Assembly (NCBI GenBank): GCA_021781955.1
Contig: JAJXVV010000004.1
Location: forward strand, 1,739-65,738
Reading direction: 5' to 3'
Origin: a bacterium
GTDB lineage: Bacteria > Patescibacteriota > Minisyncoccia > Phycocordibacterales > UBA2100
DNA: 64,000 nucleotides
In this document: one piece after another, positions 63,863 to 64,000 of the stretch
How positions within the stretch are numbered: the first letter of the stretch is position 1
How the letters are laid out: each line of letters begins with the position of its first letter
The notes under the pieces: model-generated
What the model saw: only the letters and a program-made list of their open reading frames with translations
Told to the model about the DNA's origin: nothing
The model's database searches: none
Translations under genes and position numbers: made by a program

Positions 63863-64000
63863 TCACTGGGTCGTTGACGAGGCTGTGCCGGAGATCATCG
63901 CATCGATCTCCGCCATTAGCACCTTGAGTTGAGCTTCCAGAGACTGAATAAGCGCGGTTCTTTGGGCATCAGTGAGAGTGCTTGATGTAGCCGTGGTCGT
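63863..64000 (-). CDS. 3' end of a minus-strand CDS whose start lies beyond the window (hypothetical)
   Basis: Open frame of 45 codons ending at TGA 63863-63865 (…LIQSLEAQLKVLMAEIDAMISGTASSTTQ). There is no support beyond the open frame. Confidence 0.25.
   Translation of the reverse strand, partial: TTTATSSTLTDAQRTALIQSLEAQLKVLMAEIDAMISGTASSTTQ

Overview
This is a 64-kb segment of a high-GC bacterial chromosome (estimated by eye, not computed). It is very gene-dense: roughly 70 CDS, 5 tRNAs, and no rRNA or CRISPR array.

Most of the content is housekeeping:
- Nucleotide excision repair: uvrC, uvrA and uvrB all lie within 12 kb.
- Pyrimidine and purine synthesis: carA-carB, pyrB, purF.
- Glycolysis: gpmA, eno.
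- Aminoacyl-tRNA synthetases: tyrS, lysS, serS.
- Cell envelope: ddl, murB, ftsQ, and a dgkA-PAP2-uppP lipid-carrier operon.
- Replication and segregation: recR, dnaX, dprA-topA, parB.
- Translation and RNA modification: rplU, rpmG, obg, miaA, dusB, rluA, relA/spoT.

Many of the core proteins are compact versions: UvrC is 415 aa, UvrA 870 aa, DnaX 356 aa, RelA/SpoT 519 aa.

Accessory content:
- Three efflux systems: a MacAB-like tripartite pump, a MarR-linked DHA2 MFS pump with two HlyD-type adaptors, and a DrrAB-like ABC-2 exporter.
- An ArsR / rhodanese-remnant / DUF302-glutaredoxin module.
- A decayed integrative element at tRNA-Trp: a serine-recombinase fragment next to an ATP-grasp gene.
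- An Obg-linked protein-kinase-like gene.
- An orphan cytochrome b6-like membrane protein.
- A T4SS-pilin-like gene.

The most unusual signal read directly from the sequence is an 18-bp perfect palindrome, CCAGAGGAC(S)GTCCTCTG. It occurs three times. Two copies sit in-frame inside core genes (uvrB, where it coincides with an apparent 13-aa insertion, and miaA). The third is intergenic, upstream of purF.

Other structured non-coding elements are:
- nested palindromes at the arsR promoter;
- a terminator-like attenuator hairpin in the tyrS leader;
- a large nested inverted-repeat structure between the hlyD-like and MFS genes;
- several clean intrinsic terminators.

I cannot point to one discrete multi-gene system that is clearly novel. 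The palindrome family and the gene-remnant loci are the strongest leads.
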